DNA of 64,000 nucleotides from Geosiphon pyriformis uo1 (Eukaryota > Fungi > Glomeromycota): contig JAAOMT010000664.1 in NCBI GenBank assembly GCA_016748015.1, positions 1,059,518 to 1,123,517 on the forward strand. The letters run 5' to 3'. Every line of letters begins with the position of its first letter. Within the stretch, counting starts at the first letter, position 1. This document shows positions 1 through 13,754 of the stretch, piece after piece. The position numbers and the translations under genes were made by a program. The notes below the pieces were generated by a model. That model did not search any database and was not told the origin of the DNA. It worked only from the letters and a program-made list of their open reading frames with translations.

Positions 1-131
1 GTTATTAAAATTTAAATACCTCGAAAATATCCCATGATTGCTTTTTTATTGTTTTCGTAAAAGAAATTACCTATAAATTAAAATGAAAGAAAATAAGTTT
101 TAAATTAAAAAATTATTTTACGTACACGTAC

Positions 132-288
132 AAATCAAATCTTTAGCAACATATAATGTGTCCTTTTCTATAGGTCTACAATATGGAATATTGGCCACAG
201 CAGCAAAATATCCCAAAGTTTCAACAAGAACAGGATCCGTAACGAGGAGAATTTTCGATATTTCTTCCAAATCCTTCTGATGAACGAG
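132..288 (-). CDS. Probable internal exon of a spliced gene running off the window start; product unknown
   Basis: Open minus-strand frame (LVHQKDLEEISKILLVTDPVLVETLGYFAAVANIPYCRPIEKDTLYVAKDLI) between a TAG acceptor and a GTACGT donor; more GC-rich than its flanks. Confidence 0.3.
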
Positions 289-737
289 CTAGTAAGCTAT
301 TTAAGGAATATTTTGTATTTTTTAGAAAGACCGGATTAAATAATTGTTTTTCTTAGGGTATAGGTTGAAATAGTATGAGATTGTTTTATGGATGAAACTT
401 TTTGAATATTTATCCCATACAAAAACCAAGATAATTTTAATAAAAAACCTAGGTGAGAAAAATAACATTAATTAAGCAACATTTGTAAAATATTCCGCCA
501 AGCTAATATTCTAAGGCTCTGAAAATTTCTGAATTTTCAATTTTTTAGAAGGGCCTATATTTTCACTTTGATTGCAAAATGATAGGTGAGTTAAGGTATT
601 TGAGGATATAATTTACAAACCACCCATCCGATTTTTGATATTTAGTATACATGTAGATGTATTTGGAAAACGTTTAAATATTGATACAATTTATTTGTAT
701 ATTTGCTATTAAATTTTGCTGGATTGTAAGGTTCCAT

Positions 738-1230
738 CAAGCGCCATTTTCATCTCTATTGATAACTAATTCTTTGAATATTTCCATACCAGCTACAAGT
801 TTTAGAGGTATAAGCCTCATTTTTGATGATAACTCGGACCCAGCATAGCATCTTTCTAGCTGTTTTCATGAGATTTTTCTCGTTTTCAATCCACAATGTC
901 CGACACCTCAAAGGAATGAATGACAAGAGCATCAAATTTCTGAGTGAAAAATGTAACAGCCTTTCTGTGTATTTCTGTCTGCAAGTGTAACATCTTCCCA
1001 CACATGCACCCAATCTCCTTTTTTAATCTTCTAGCTTTCTTATGTTTTTAAGGAAGTTATTAAATTATCTGTCTTTGAGCAAAGGTCATTCAAAAAATTG
1101 CAGAGGCGAACAATGTGACTTATTTCACAAGAGCCTATAGCTTTTGTTGGAGAATACAATGTAGATGCCAGGATCTATGGAAACTATATGAATTGAACCC
1201 ACGTGAGTTTCGCGGACCTGTCTTTGTATC
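738..1230 (-). pseudogene. Degenerate TnpB/Fanzor (IS607/Fanzor2-like) RuvC nuclease remnant
   Basis: Motifs occur in the correct order across shifted minus frames: RuvC-I IVSIDPG (~1166-1187), QTEIHRKAVTFFTQKFDALVIHSFEVSDIV, KTARKMLCW, VIIKNEAYTSKTCSW(Y)G, and RuvC-III VINRDENGA (~741-767). Frameshifts, stops and internal deletions are present. Confidence 0.78.
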
Positions 1231-2129
1231 TCATAGACTCAAAAAAATGCTCATGACCTGTGATCTTATGTGAATTGAGCCACTTGTAATTTTACGTTTA
1301 TCCTTAAAAATAAAGAATAAGAAATGGCATAAAATTAACATAAATAATATAAACCAATTTTTTGTAGAAAAACATTATCTTCACCTTGTTTTGTTGTGCA
1401 TATGAAAATATTTCTCGAGTGTGAAAGTAAGATATATAGAAGCAATCCCAAGTTAACTTGGCAGAATTCTAATGATGAATTGTTATGGTGTGATGGAGTG
1501 TTTTACAAGATTGAAAAAAAAGATAATGTTTTAATGCACTTTGTTGTTTTGTTGTATTACGTTTAATAACTTTCTTTTGCGCAACCAATGCTTATTAAAT
1601 CGCTTCCTCTGTAATGTTGGCAAGAGCTGAGCCTAAGCAACTTCTTAAGAGAGACGATGGCGCTGCGAAATTTTCTTTATCCAAAAGATGTTTTTGTTAC
1701 AAGTCATAAAAGCTTTAACTATCCTTTTTTTTGTGATACCATCTTATTTCATAATGTGCCATTTTTGTGCTATTCCATTATAGTATTAAAGGCAAATTTT
1801 TTTAAGCCATCTATTACTTCAATAGCCGCTTTTGAGAATGGTTGGAATACATCTTAACTTATAATAAATAATTGATAGCTAATTATTATGCAAAAATAAC
1901 ATAGTCCTTTTTGCATTAAACGATATCTCGTCCAAGCCTTTCAATTGAAATATTATGATGGTTTAAAAAACTATAAACTTGAAGCCTCAGTTAGATAGCT
2001 TTTATACGTAAAAGTTTTTCAATTTTAAGATTTACATATTAATGAGATTAATATCAAAATATATTTTCTTTTACTAAAGAATTCCTACTAGAGTTAAATA
2101 GCTCAAATAGATAGCAGAGATTTAGATTT

Positions 2130-3638
2130 TTAGATTAAGCTCAGTTTTACTAAGAATACTTCCAGTTCAGAAACTTTAAAATTAAAGCGATAATTAGAAT
2201 CAAAAATCTTTGGCTGAAAATTTTTTGCTTCATACCAGCATGTTTTTCTTTCGTCACATTTATCACCAAAGTATAAATCATTATAAAAATATGGACCATT
2301 TGTTTTACGATATGCTATTTGGCGTTCGCTGGGGTTTCGAGCGACCCTTGCGACATAAAAATTATCCCTGTTACCCAAATTGAAAATGAAAGCATCAGGC
2401 GTATCCGCATATTTTTTAGTTTCAAAATCTTTGATAACCCAGTAGGTAGGATTATAGCCTCCCACAATATCCCCAGATTCAGCTATCTTAGCTACGACAA
2501 CGGTTTTAACCTGATTGGCACATAGATATCGAAAACTGCTTACTGTAAAGCCATCACGACTGCCTCGATAGAGGAGTTTGAAAGTGTAGGGAGATTTGTA
2601 ATGCGTTGTATCAATCTTTTTATCAATCCATGAAGAAATGATATTGACATGTCGTGATTTTAGGATTTGAGATCCGGTAAAACGAGCTCGGGGTGGAAGA
2701 CTATCACGCGGTAGTTGAGGTATAGACATAAGATGGTATGTCAAAATTTCCTTCCTCATGCTCTTTGGTATAACTCTTTTATATGGTATGATATGGTTTA
2801 AATAGTCATCCCCAGAGATATCATAATATCTGATCAACGGGATGCATTTGTGAATGGTTTTCTCAAGTCCAGCAAAATCTTCTGCGCTCCAGCTCACTAA
2901 CTTCTTTTCAACAAGTCTTGATGTGTTTCCAATGCCCCATTTGATTAAAGATTGCCATACTTCAATTTCCTCCATTACAAGGTCTTCCATCTGAAGCAAA
3001 GATACAAGAACCGATTCTTCCAAAGAAAGGAAATCATTTGAGTTAAAGATAATATCTGGGTTACTGCCAACCATTTGGAAGTAATTCTCCTTTAGTTTTC
3101 CAAAAGGTTCATGGCGAAAAACTATTCCCATAGTTTTAACAGCATTTTCTTGCAGCCATTTAGATTCATTTTTAATGAGATGCTCTTGACCATGCTTGAT
3201 TAACTCAAGAAGTTCAAGTTCATCAGCAGCTATAAGTATTTGCAATACATCCGCCCCCTTTTCTGTATTCAAATTAACCACTCCGGTATACATATATCTA
3301 CAAATGGTATTACAGATTAAAGATATTTAGTTTTTTTCATCTTTCTTTGTATCATACAATTATTAGAAGAAAGTAAAGTAACCCTACCTGAGAATGATTT
3401 CAAATATTTTTGCTGTAATATTAGGCTTCTTAAAAACTAACATATTATTCTTTTTTTTAGCCCAGTGATTTGACAATGCTCGTCGAAAATAAGGAGAACG
3501 AGCACGAAGAATATTAGAGTGAGCTTTAAAGTCTCTAAACTCGGCTCCTTCGCCAGCTTCAACGATCACATTATATTCATCCGAGTTTTGCAATAGCTCG
3601 ATAAGGTCATGGATAAGAGGTTCGGTAAAATTTTCCAT
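2130..3638 (-). CDS. BTB/POZ-BACK-TLDc domain protein, ~472 aa; exons 3638-3388 and 3297-2130
   Basis: A GT-AG intron at 3387-3298 joins EIILR|YMYTG. BTB (FKAHSNILRARSPYF), BACK (EEIEVWQSLIKWG) and TLDc (LLYRGSRDGF...GGYNP...ELEVF) motifs are present. This family is expanded in arbuscular mycorrhizal fungi. Confidence 0.92.
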
Positions 3639-4468
3639 TAAAAGAATGGAGAAAGGTGAAAATAAAGAATCTTTTTAGCGATGCTTAATCTTTGTCAAGT
3701 GAAACTTTGTATGAATTATATAGTTCAGCAAAAGTAAAAAGGGATGTTTCATTTATAGTTTTTATTGCAAGTTTTTATATAGGCCCCTAAAATACTGCTT
3801 TATCTAAATTCCTATCATAGGACTAACATTCATGAAACAAGCCTCTTAAAAAATACAATTCACATTTTAAATAAATTATAGATTTACTCAAATACAATTA
3901 TTTTGTAGGTTAGAGGTAATCATTTAATTTATAATTTTCAGCATAGTCATAATGTTAAGATTCATTCATTAAGAATAATTCTATTTCTACCTAAATTAAA
4001 TAATAATAGAAAAATCAGAGTTTAGCTATCAAAAAATTGTGTATGCTAAATATTAGGATTTAAGTTTTAATTCGAAGGTTAAAGATGACAGTTGATAGAA
4101 AAAAGATACATGGAATTCCAATTTAGTCTTACATCTTAATATGAAATTAAATAGAAAATTGTGTTTCATATTTAAGTAAAATAAAATATCCGGTCGCAGA
4201 TTATTGCTTACTAAATCCTATAAATGATGCTATAAAAATGTAAATTCTAATCGATAAAAATGGTTTTTAACTCAAATTAAGACTGCTAATCCATAGAAAA
4301 TGCTTTTACCATTAATAATTGCTTGTACGCAAATATAATAAGTTACCTATAAAATCATTTTAATATATTAATATTAATCTATGTAAGTTCAAAAGAAAAC
4401 CAAAATTTGCTTTTTGAAATTCCAAATTATTTAATTTCATGAGATTTCAATGTTACTTTTTTAATTAT

Positions 4469-4546
4469 TCTAGTAAGAATGGTTTGCATTTAAATTAGTA
4501 GCATAAATCTAGTAAAAATGGTTTGCATTTAAATAAGTAGCATAAA
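4469..4546. repeat. 39-bp direct tandem duplication (2 copies)
   Basis: TCTAGTAA(G/A)AATGGTTTGCATTTAAAT(T/A)AGTAGCATAAA twice, with 2 mismatches. Confidence 0.9.
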
Positions 4547-6227
4547 CTTTGTTGAAAAAGTAATTTAATTATTTGAGGGACAAATATTCTGAAAATTAAA
4601 GGAACCACACAAAACGAAACGAGTTTGAAATCATATGGCATTTTAGGTTTTTTGAACCCTCTTATCCTCTTTGTGATTAAACCAGTTCTATTATGAGATA
4701 ACTCGCCATAGATTTAGTTAACTCTTGGAATCCAAACTCGCGAATGACAGAGGAGTGATTTTCTCATCTCCCAATATGGAAAAGATGGAATCTATAACAA
4801 AAAGGAGGCTATTATGTAATAATTTGATTTTATCGTTCAAAGGATCGCTCCCAAAACCTCAGCTCCTCTAATTATTTGCCTGTTTACTCCTAGAATGACG
4901 CATGAGCGTGAAAAATCTTTTTTCTCTTGTGTAACTCTCTTTTATCTTTTTCACTTTTGTAAATTTCAGCCTCTGAGAAATATCATTTTTTGTTGACAAT
5001 GACCTAACTTTTTCCAGCTCTCCATGATTCACATTCAAAAGGATCTCAAATAATGACAGAAAATTTGTACGCCTGATATCCTGAAAGTCCAAAAAGTTTG
5101 AGCCAATTAGAAAACGCACTAAAATTTGTTAGAGCCAATCATGTTGACCATACTTTGGGAGAAATTTATTGGTCAATTATTTGATTTTTAAAAAGTGATA
5201 TAATAGTGCATTGCATGACAGGGGGCAGCGTATAAATGCTTTTTATAAAAAAAATTTACATCTTTTGATGCAATTCTTAAGAATAAATTACATGACCTAT
5301 TGAAATTTAATTAATTATAGTTTTTGAAAGCCGAATAAAAATTACCATAATTGTCATCTTGTTTTAACTAATTTAATACGATAAATAAACGATGTAATTA
5401 TCAAAAATTATATTCTTCTAACTTTTTTTTTAACCTTTTAAAACATGGACGCATCCCTTTTCAAACCCCCCCCCCCCCCAAGTTTTCTTACCTAAGAACT
5501 TTAGTTGGTAGATTATCGATTATTTTTAATTTTGCCTTTTAAACCTCATTTATAGGAAAATTCACAATGGCTTTAAACCTTTTCAGATTTCTACCATCCC
5601 AATAAATATTCTCAATTTGAAATCTTAATTCTAAAATCTAATGTTTTACACTACTAGTTAAGCTAGGAAATATATGTAGTAGGAAACTTCCAATCTTCGT
5701 AATTAAGTCGTGAATTTCCTTTTCGAGTCAAGATCAAAAAAATCACATGTAACTTTGAATGAGCCTCGTTTTTTAAGGTAACACCTTTATACAAATCTAA
5801 CTTGTAATTGGTGAGTCAAACGGTTTTAAATAGTCGCATTGTTCATCTACCGCATATTTCTGGCGCCAATAAAGGACGATCCTTGCTAAAACGACCCGTT
5901 GAAATTTGGGGTACGACGATGGGCGCATGGTCCTTCCCAAAACTATTACATGCATTCAACATTTGCATGTCACGTAACAATAATTTCCTTTAAAATATTA
6001 GTGCGAGGCTCCTTAATTTTCCGACACTACTTTACCAAGAATCACACGCAAAAACAACCACAATTTAAGCCCGAAAAGCAAGAATAATAACAAGAAACCG
6101 TTGCACACTTTTACATTTGATAGGTAAACAAATTGAAATAATTTTCTCAGGATATTTTTTTTTTTTGAATGGGGCTGAAATATTTTCCCAAAATTTTCTC
6201 TTAAGGAACGAAACTCTTCAAGCATAC

Positions 6228-8140
6228 ATGGAGCCTCCAAATATACGTTGGGATAATGTAATTCAAGCAATTGATGCGGCACAATTCTCGATTCATCAAC
6301 CAGCCGAGCAAGATTTTGAACAAAAATATATGGTCGAGGTAGAACACATTGAAAATAATACCGAGTTAACGTCTGATGAAAAATTGGAAGCGTTTCAGAT
6401 TCTTACCACCAACAAAGATACCAAAAATTTAATTCAAGCAAAAGGACAAACTTATCAATGCAAATTTTGTGGGCGAAAGGGATTCACAGTTCAATACTGT
6501 GAACATTGTCTTCGTGATTCTCTAAAAAGGGACTTTGATAAATGGACCTCGGGAAATACTTTTATAGATGAAGCAATTCGGGAATTTCAATTGAAAATAC
6601 CCTTGCCATTTCATACTATTGAATGGATACCCCATGAGGATCTAGTCGATATTCAATTAAAAGCTAAAGGTGGCTGTGCCACAATTTATGCGGCAACCTG
6701 GACTAAAGGAATATTAGAATCGTTTGACCCTGAGGAAAAGGCTTTTATACGGAGTCAACCCATCGCGGTCATCTTGAAACGCCTTGATAAATCAAACAAT
6801 GCCACTACTTCATATCTACAGGAGGTTAGTAAAGAAAATATTGACTCTAAAAATTCTTTTCGACACATGTCCAATGAGGATTTCAATTTGCAAAGATTTT
6901 TATTGGTAGTTGAAAAAGCATATTTTGCTTTACTCGTCGGGTCATCATCTCGTGCCTCTTCGTGGAATTACCAAAGACACAGTGACGGGTGAATTTATAC
7001 TTGTCTTAACGAAGATGGATCACGATTTACGATCATATATTCAGCAGAATCATCGATCCATGACTTGGAAAGAAATTTTCAACATATTTTGGTCGATATC
7101 GACAGCTTTGATGGGAATACATAAGGATAATTATGTCCATGGGGATCTCCATAGTGGAAACGTCTTAAATGCCGGGCAGAGTCATTGGATTTTGTCGGAT
7201 TTTGGTTTCTGTGGACCTGTTGAAAAATCACCCGGAAATCTATATGGAAATCTCGCTTACATGGCCCCAGAAGTTTTGCACAAAGGAATATATACGCCAT
7301 TAGCGGATATTTACGCTGTTGGGATGTTGATGTATGAATGTGCAACGGGAATACCCCCTTTTTATGGACGTGAACATGATAAAAATCTTGCTTTGCTTGT
7401 GACTCGTGGTATACGACCAATCATTCCGGCTGATATCCCAGAAAATTATCAAAATATAATGAAATTATGTTGGGAAAGCGATCCCAATCTACGGATAGAT
7501 GCCGTAAAACTCCGTGAACATTTTTATTTTCTGCGTAAAGCTGCTTTTGAGGCTGACAGTCCGTACAATAAAACTGTCCCACGACGATCAAATAATGATA
7601 TTCGTCCCAAGGCAAGCTCTTTATATAGTTTTAAAGAGTTACCCGCGCCAAGGAAAGCGACAACCAGTGAGTATTGTCTTTTTTCTTTTTTCAAGAGTTA
7701 CAATCAGAACCAAGAAAATTAACACATTTCTTTTTTTCTTAAAATTAGGGGAGCAAAATGGTAAATTTTAATGTCATTGAATTTCCCGAATGACAAATCG
7801 ATTAAATTTTAATCATTTAATAATCTTTCTTTTTAGAATTTGATCGTGGAATCAGTGATATGATATTAGGAGGTAAGGATTTCCACCAAGATGATTTAAT
7901 TTCCTCTCTTGAACATTTTAATGAGTGAACTCCTTGTTTTAGAATTCGATAACTGGGATACACTGGCCGATGGATTAGGTTTACACAAAGCTTTCTTTGA
8001 TATATTTTATTAAATACGGAATCGGCAAGATTTTAAATTTTTGGAATTTTAATTAGATGACGTTAATATCGGCAACGAAAGCCATTTCACATTCAACGAA
8101 AGCTTGGAAGAATCGTCGAACAAAGAGCGAATAGATAATG
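6228..8140 (+). CDS. Tyrosine-kinase-like (TKL) protein kinase with N-terminal CxxC..CxxC module. Exons 6228-6824 and 6910-7666, then probable small exons 7749-7760, 7837-7872, ~7943-7978 and ~8059-8140; true 3' end uncertain
   Basis: CKFC..CEHC, WTSGN, G-loop KGGCATIY, VILK, HGDLHSGNVL, SDFG and YMAPE motifs. Intron 6825-6909 joins the two track ORFs in frame; downstream GT-AG pairs keep phase 1. Confidence 0.88.
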
Positions 8141-8247
8141 GTATGAACATTATGCTTTATCCTTCACGTGTTTTACCATGAATAAATGAACTTATTAGAT
8201 CAAAACCTCAAATATACCACAATCAAAATAATTTCTACAGAACATAC

Positions 8248-9577
8248 ATTTTCAATTAAATCCAAAGACTCTAAAAGATTGGGAAAAAGAGCGTACCTAA
8301 AGAGGCTTTTCTCAAGACTTGGATTTTGGAAAAAAGTCCCAAAGAATGAAGGGTCATAGGGCCTGGAAAATAGTTGTATTTAATCAAAATTTATTAACTA
8401 TAATCGATCCATGAAGCAATATCCTTGGGAAAATTTCTCGAGCGCCATATTAGATCCAAATTAATATGAAGTGTACATTTATCTCATTAAACATTTTATT
8501 TTCTCTTAATACATACACAATAACTGCACATTTGCTTGTATATGCTTCAAATATAAATGCTATTATAATTTTGCCGTACTCTTCTGCTTTTAATTTGATA
8601 TCGATGAAATTTTTGCATGTATTTAAATTCAAATAAGCATTAAATTGGTTGTAACTGATTGCATCTATATAATTTAAGATCACAATTTATTAAAATGTCA
8701 AGTCAATATTTTAGAAATTGTTTTATTATTTATTTTCTTGTTGACCTTTTTTTTAATATTTTTATGTTATTAAGAATTAAAAATACAATGGTGTAAAATG
8801 TTTTTATTCATACAAGAGCAGTTTTTTTTTATTAAATTAAACATAATTGTATTTTTAATATTTATAATAAATAATAATTTTTTTAAAATTTTCATGATAT
8901 GAATAATTAGAATTAATAACAAAATAAATTTATATAATGTTAATATTAAATTTTTTGAATATTTTTTTTACAATTAATTTTGTTTATATAATATTTGAGA
9001 TAACATGATTGCAAATATCAAATAAATAAACTTTTTATAATAAAAACAACAAATTTATCTTATTATTCAAATTAAAAAGGCTTTAAATAAACACTCATAT
9101 GTTTAAATATTATTTCACAATCTCATACATAGATTCTATAAAAATATGAATTTAATGCAAATTTTGAGGTTCGTGAAAAGACCTAAATGAAAAAATTATT
9201 TAATACTAAAATCAAACTCTAAATTTTTATGAATATAGGTATAAATTTTACTTTTAAATCCTTTTGAAATGAAAAAAAAATTCTATTTCGTCGAATTATT
9301 TAAATATTCTATTATAGAATATCTTGAAATTATTATTCAATTACAAAAATGGTACCAAGGAATATCTTTAAGATTTTATCATTAAAAAAAGCAAATAAAA
9401 TGATTCACCCGCAAACCATTTTAAAAAAACATTAACTAATCGATTTTGATATATCATTAGAGATATTTCGATTTTTATATTTTCGAGACTTAAAAAACTT
9501 TTTTGACCCTTTTTTATATCTGTTTTAACTTAGTATCCATGAACTATCAGCTGATGGTATTGTCAAGATAAAAAAAT
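8248..9577 (+). repeat. Left arm of ~1.3-kb inverted repeat
   Basis: Reverse complement of ~12457-13754, e.g. CTCGAGCGCCATATTAGATCC here versus GGATCTAATATGGCGCTCGAG there. Confidence 0.93.
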
Positions 9578-12456
9578 GTTAATTTTTTTTAATCAAAAAT
9601 CATTTACTTTTTTCTTATTTTTAAATTAGTGCTTTTATTTCAAAAAATGTAACTAATTCTTAAATTTACTACAAAATATAATAAAACACCAAAAATAAAA
9701 TTATGTTAAATAAAATAAATTATTGAATAAATTAATCCTAACAAATACTTACAATAAATTTTTTAATTATTTTTTATTACAGATCATTTTAAATTTAAAA
9801 ATTATTACAAATAATTAACAAATATTTGTTTTAAAAAGCTTGTTATGCATTACAATCACTTAATAAATATAATAATTTTCTTTTGGAAAAAATATAAAAA
9901 ATTAAATAAGTGTTTGGAAAGTTAAAATGTTTATGATTAATAACTATATCTTTAAATTTGACAAAAAACAATTAAATATTAAACCTAAATATCAACTTGA
10001 ATTTTATTTATAAATATATTTAATACCATAAAAATTAACTTTGTAAATTAATAATCAATTAAAACTGAAAAAAATGTGTTAATTGTTTTATATTCATTCA
10101 TACAGTATAATGAAAAAAATTGTTTTTCATAATAATTAAAGCCTTATTTGAATCAAGTCAACAATTTTTTATTTACTTTTGAATTAATTAATGCACAATT
10201 TGTTATTATTTAGTTTAATAAGTTGGTTTTTGAATCTAATTCAATTAATAATAAAAAATTAAAAACCAAGTAATTATAGAATTTTATATCATTGTAAATT
10301 CAAATTTTGTTATTTTCAAATTTTTTAAATATATTTATGTTAAAGTTAAAGCATTTATAGTTATTTATAAAACTTTAAAAACAAAATATGATTTAAATGT
10401 TTTCATAAAATATGATTCACATTTTATTTACATATAATATTAAATATTATATAATAAAAATAGCTTATATGTTTTTTACATGTAATAAGTTATTCAAGTC
10501 CGCTAAAATTATATTAACCAGCAAAAGTATGAATAAAACCAAAAGTAGATTTAGCAAAATTCCAAACCCAAAAAACATCTTTGATATTATGTACATTAAT
10601 TTTATTAAATTTATAAAACTTAAATATTTAAACTTAATGCTGCATTTTTTAATATTTTATTAATAAACATGAATACACATATTATATTTGATTTATTTTT
10701 AATTATTATAAAAATACTTATTTTCAGTTTTTATATATTTTATTGGATTAGCTTTTGTTTTGATAATAATTTATATATAAGTATATAATTAACACAATAT
10801 TTATTTTATTAAAATTTTTTAAGTTAAGTTTAGCTGTGTTAATAAACCATTTAAATTCAATTTTTTTCAAGTATTGCTAAAATGTTTTAAAACTCAAATA
10901 ATTATTGTAGTTTTTAATTTGGTAATTGTATAATTTTTTCTGTTAATTTAAAAATTCTATTAACATAAATAACTTTTTATTTAATTAAAATAAGAAAATA
11001 TCAAAATTAGAAAAAATAAACATTAAAACAGTTTTTAATTTCATGTTAAGTATTTTAAAAGCAGCTTATTTTTTTGAAATTTATTTGTATTTCATATTTT
11101 TATTAAGTAAATAGTTATCTCAATTTTAAAAATAAATATAGCTTTTTTCTTGATAAACTTTATAAATTAGTAAAAAATTATTTATATATAAATATTAAAA
11201 AATATGTAACTTAAAATATTTATAAAGTAAAAATAATCTGTTTTTAAATAACAAATATAATATATCATACAAATTTTATCTTTATTTAATTATTGATTTG
11301 TTTATAAATAAATAACTTATATATATTATAAATTTTTATTTACACTTTAAATTAGAAGCCTATTAGTTAATAATTTAAAAAATTTATAATCTTAAACCAA
11401 ATAAAAAAATTGATTTACAATATAAAGTCACATATTATTGGGCTTTTGTTTTAGCAAAATATCAAAAAATATCAAAGCAAAATTATTATTGTTATTATTA
11501 TTAGAATTAACTGCTTTATTAAATAAAATTTTATAATTATTATTTGCTTTATTTTTACTAAAATTAACTGTATTAATAAAGTTTTTGCCAAGAAACCAAT
11601 TTCTAATTTTGCCAGAATTTAAAGCTGTTTTTTTTAAAAAGCTGTTTTATTATATAATATGAATTTAACAGAACCAGTATAAAATTGTTAATTTTTATAT
11701 ATTAAATTGTCTTGTTTTTTTAACAGGTTTTTTAAATATGTTTGGCTTTATTCTTTTAAAACCTTCTACAAATTTATTATTATTTACATATATCTATTCA
11801 AATAGCATCAAAGCTTAATTTATTATATTTAGTATCTGATATAATTATATTATGTTTTAACTTGTTATATTGCTGCTTTTTAATAGCTGTTAAGCAATGT
11901 TTAATATATTTATTATGTTTGAACAATACTTTATATCAATATTTTTAATAATTAAAAAACTTATAAATAATTAAAAAAATAAGTAATTTAAAAAATAAAT
12001 AAATTAGTCTTTAAAAAGACTTTTAAAATAACAAAAAAAACTCAAATGTCTTTTAAATAATAAAAAGAGACTAAATTATCTCATAAATAACCAAAAACTA
12101 TATTATCATTTAAATATTTAAAAATTATGTTACTTTTTGAGCTACTTAAAACAGCTTAAATTGCCTTTCAAGTTTTAATGTTTCTATTTTGGTTCCATGC
12201 ATTTGGTTTATGGCCTTTAAGAATTTCCGTTTTATATTCCAACAATAGTGACAGAATTGGGTGAATTACTTAAAATTTGGTGCACTTTCGCGATTTATGA
12301 GTCCAAATTTATATGAGGAAATTGGCTGCAGTATTTTTGGTGGTAGAACATCTGTTTTTATAATAATCTTATTCATTGATTGTGAGTTCTTGATTTAAAA
12401 GATTCGAACTAATAAAAAATATTCACTTGATGTGAAAGTAATTAATCAATCCCGAA

Positions 12457-13754
12457 TTTTTTTCATCATGACAATACCATCAGCTGATAGTTCATGGATA
12501 CTAAGTTAAAACAGATATTAAAAAAGGTCAAAAGAGTTTTTTAAGTCTCGAAAATATAAAAATCGAAATATCTCTAATGATATATCAAAATCGATTAGTT
12601 AGTGTTTTTTTAAAATGGTTTGCGAGTGAATCATTTTATTTGCTTTTTTTAATGATAAAATCTTAAAGATATTCCTTGGTACCATTTTTGTAATTGAATA
12701 ATAATTTCAAGATATTCTATAATAGAATATTTAAATAATTCGACGAAATAGAATTTTTTTTCATTTCAAAAGGATTTAAAAGTAAAATTTATACCTATAT
12801 TCATAAAAATTTAGAGTTTGATTTTAGTATTAAATAATTTTTTTCATTTAGGCCTTTTCACGAATCTCAAAATTTGCATTAAATTCATATTTTTATAGAA
12901 TCTATGTATGAGATTATGAAATAATATTTAAACATATGAGTGTTTATTTAAAGCCTTTTTAATTTGAATAATAAGATAAATTTGTTGTTTTTATTATAAA
13001 AAGTTTATTTATTTGATATTTGCAATCATGTTATCTCAAATATTATATAAACAAAATTAATTGTAAAAAAAATATTCAAAAAATTTAATATTAACATTAT
13101 ATAAATTTATTTTGTTATTAATTCTAATTATTCATATCATGAAAATTTTAAAAAAATTATTATTTTATTATAAATATTAAAAATACAATTATGTTTAATT
13201 TAATAAAAAAAAACTGCTCTTGTATGAATAAAAACATTTTAAATCATTGTATTTTTAATTCTTAATAACATAAAAATATTAAAAAAAAGGTCAACAAGAA
13301 AATAAATAATAAAACAATTTCTAAAATATCAAGTTAATATTTTAATAAATTGTGATCTTAATTATATAGATGCAATCAGTTACAACCAATTTAATGCTTA
13401 TTTGAATTTAAATACATGCAAAATTTCATCGATATCTCAAATTAAAAGCAGAAGAGTACGGCAAAATTATAATAGCATTTATATTTGAAGCATATACAAG
13501 CAAATGTGCAGTTATTGTGTATGTATTAAGAGAAAATAAAATGTTTAATGAGATAAATGTACACTTCATATTAATTTGGATCTAATATGGCGCTCGAGAA
13601 ATTTTCCCAAGGATATTGCTTCATGGATCGATTATAGTTGATAAGTTTAGAATAAACACAACTATTTCCCAGGCCCTATGACAAGTCTTGGGAAAAGTCT
13701 CTTGAGGTACGCTCTTTTCCCAATCGTTTAGAGTCTTTGGATTTAATTGAAAAT
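12457..13754 (-). repeat. Right arm of ~1.3-kb inverted repeat
   Basis: Near-identical to the left arm except the outer ~150 bp, which carry several substitutions and a ~32-bp indel. Confidence 0.93.

Noticed and set aside
4600-6100. Short ORFs (4868-5119, 5808-5993, 5899-6087) and a C14 run at 5466-5479
   Set aside because: No recognisable motifs; likely promoter or UTR DNA between divergent genes.
8450-8683. 77-aa ORF in the inverted-repeat arm
   Set aside because: No ATG start, AT-biased composition, and the other arm's copy carries indels.
9578-12456. Transposase within the inverted-repeat spacer
   Set aside because: No DDE or other motif could be recognised; the sequence is too AT-eroded to call.
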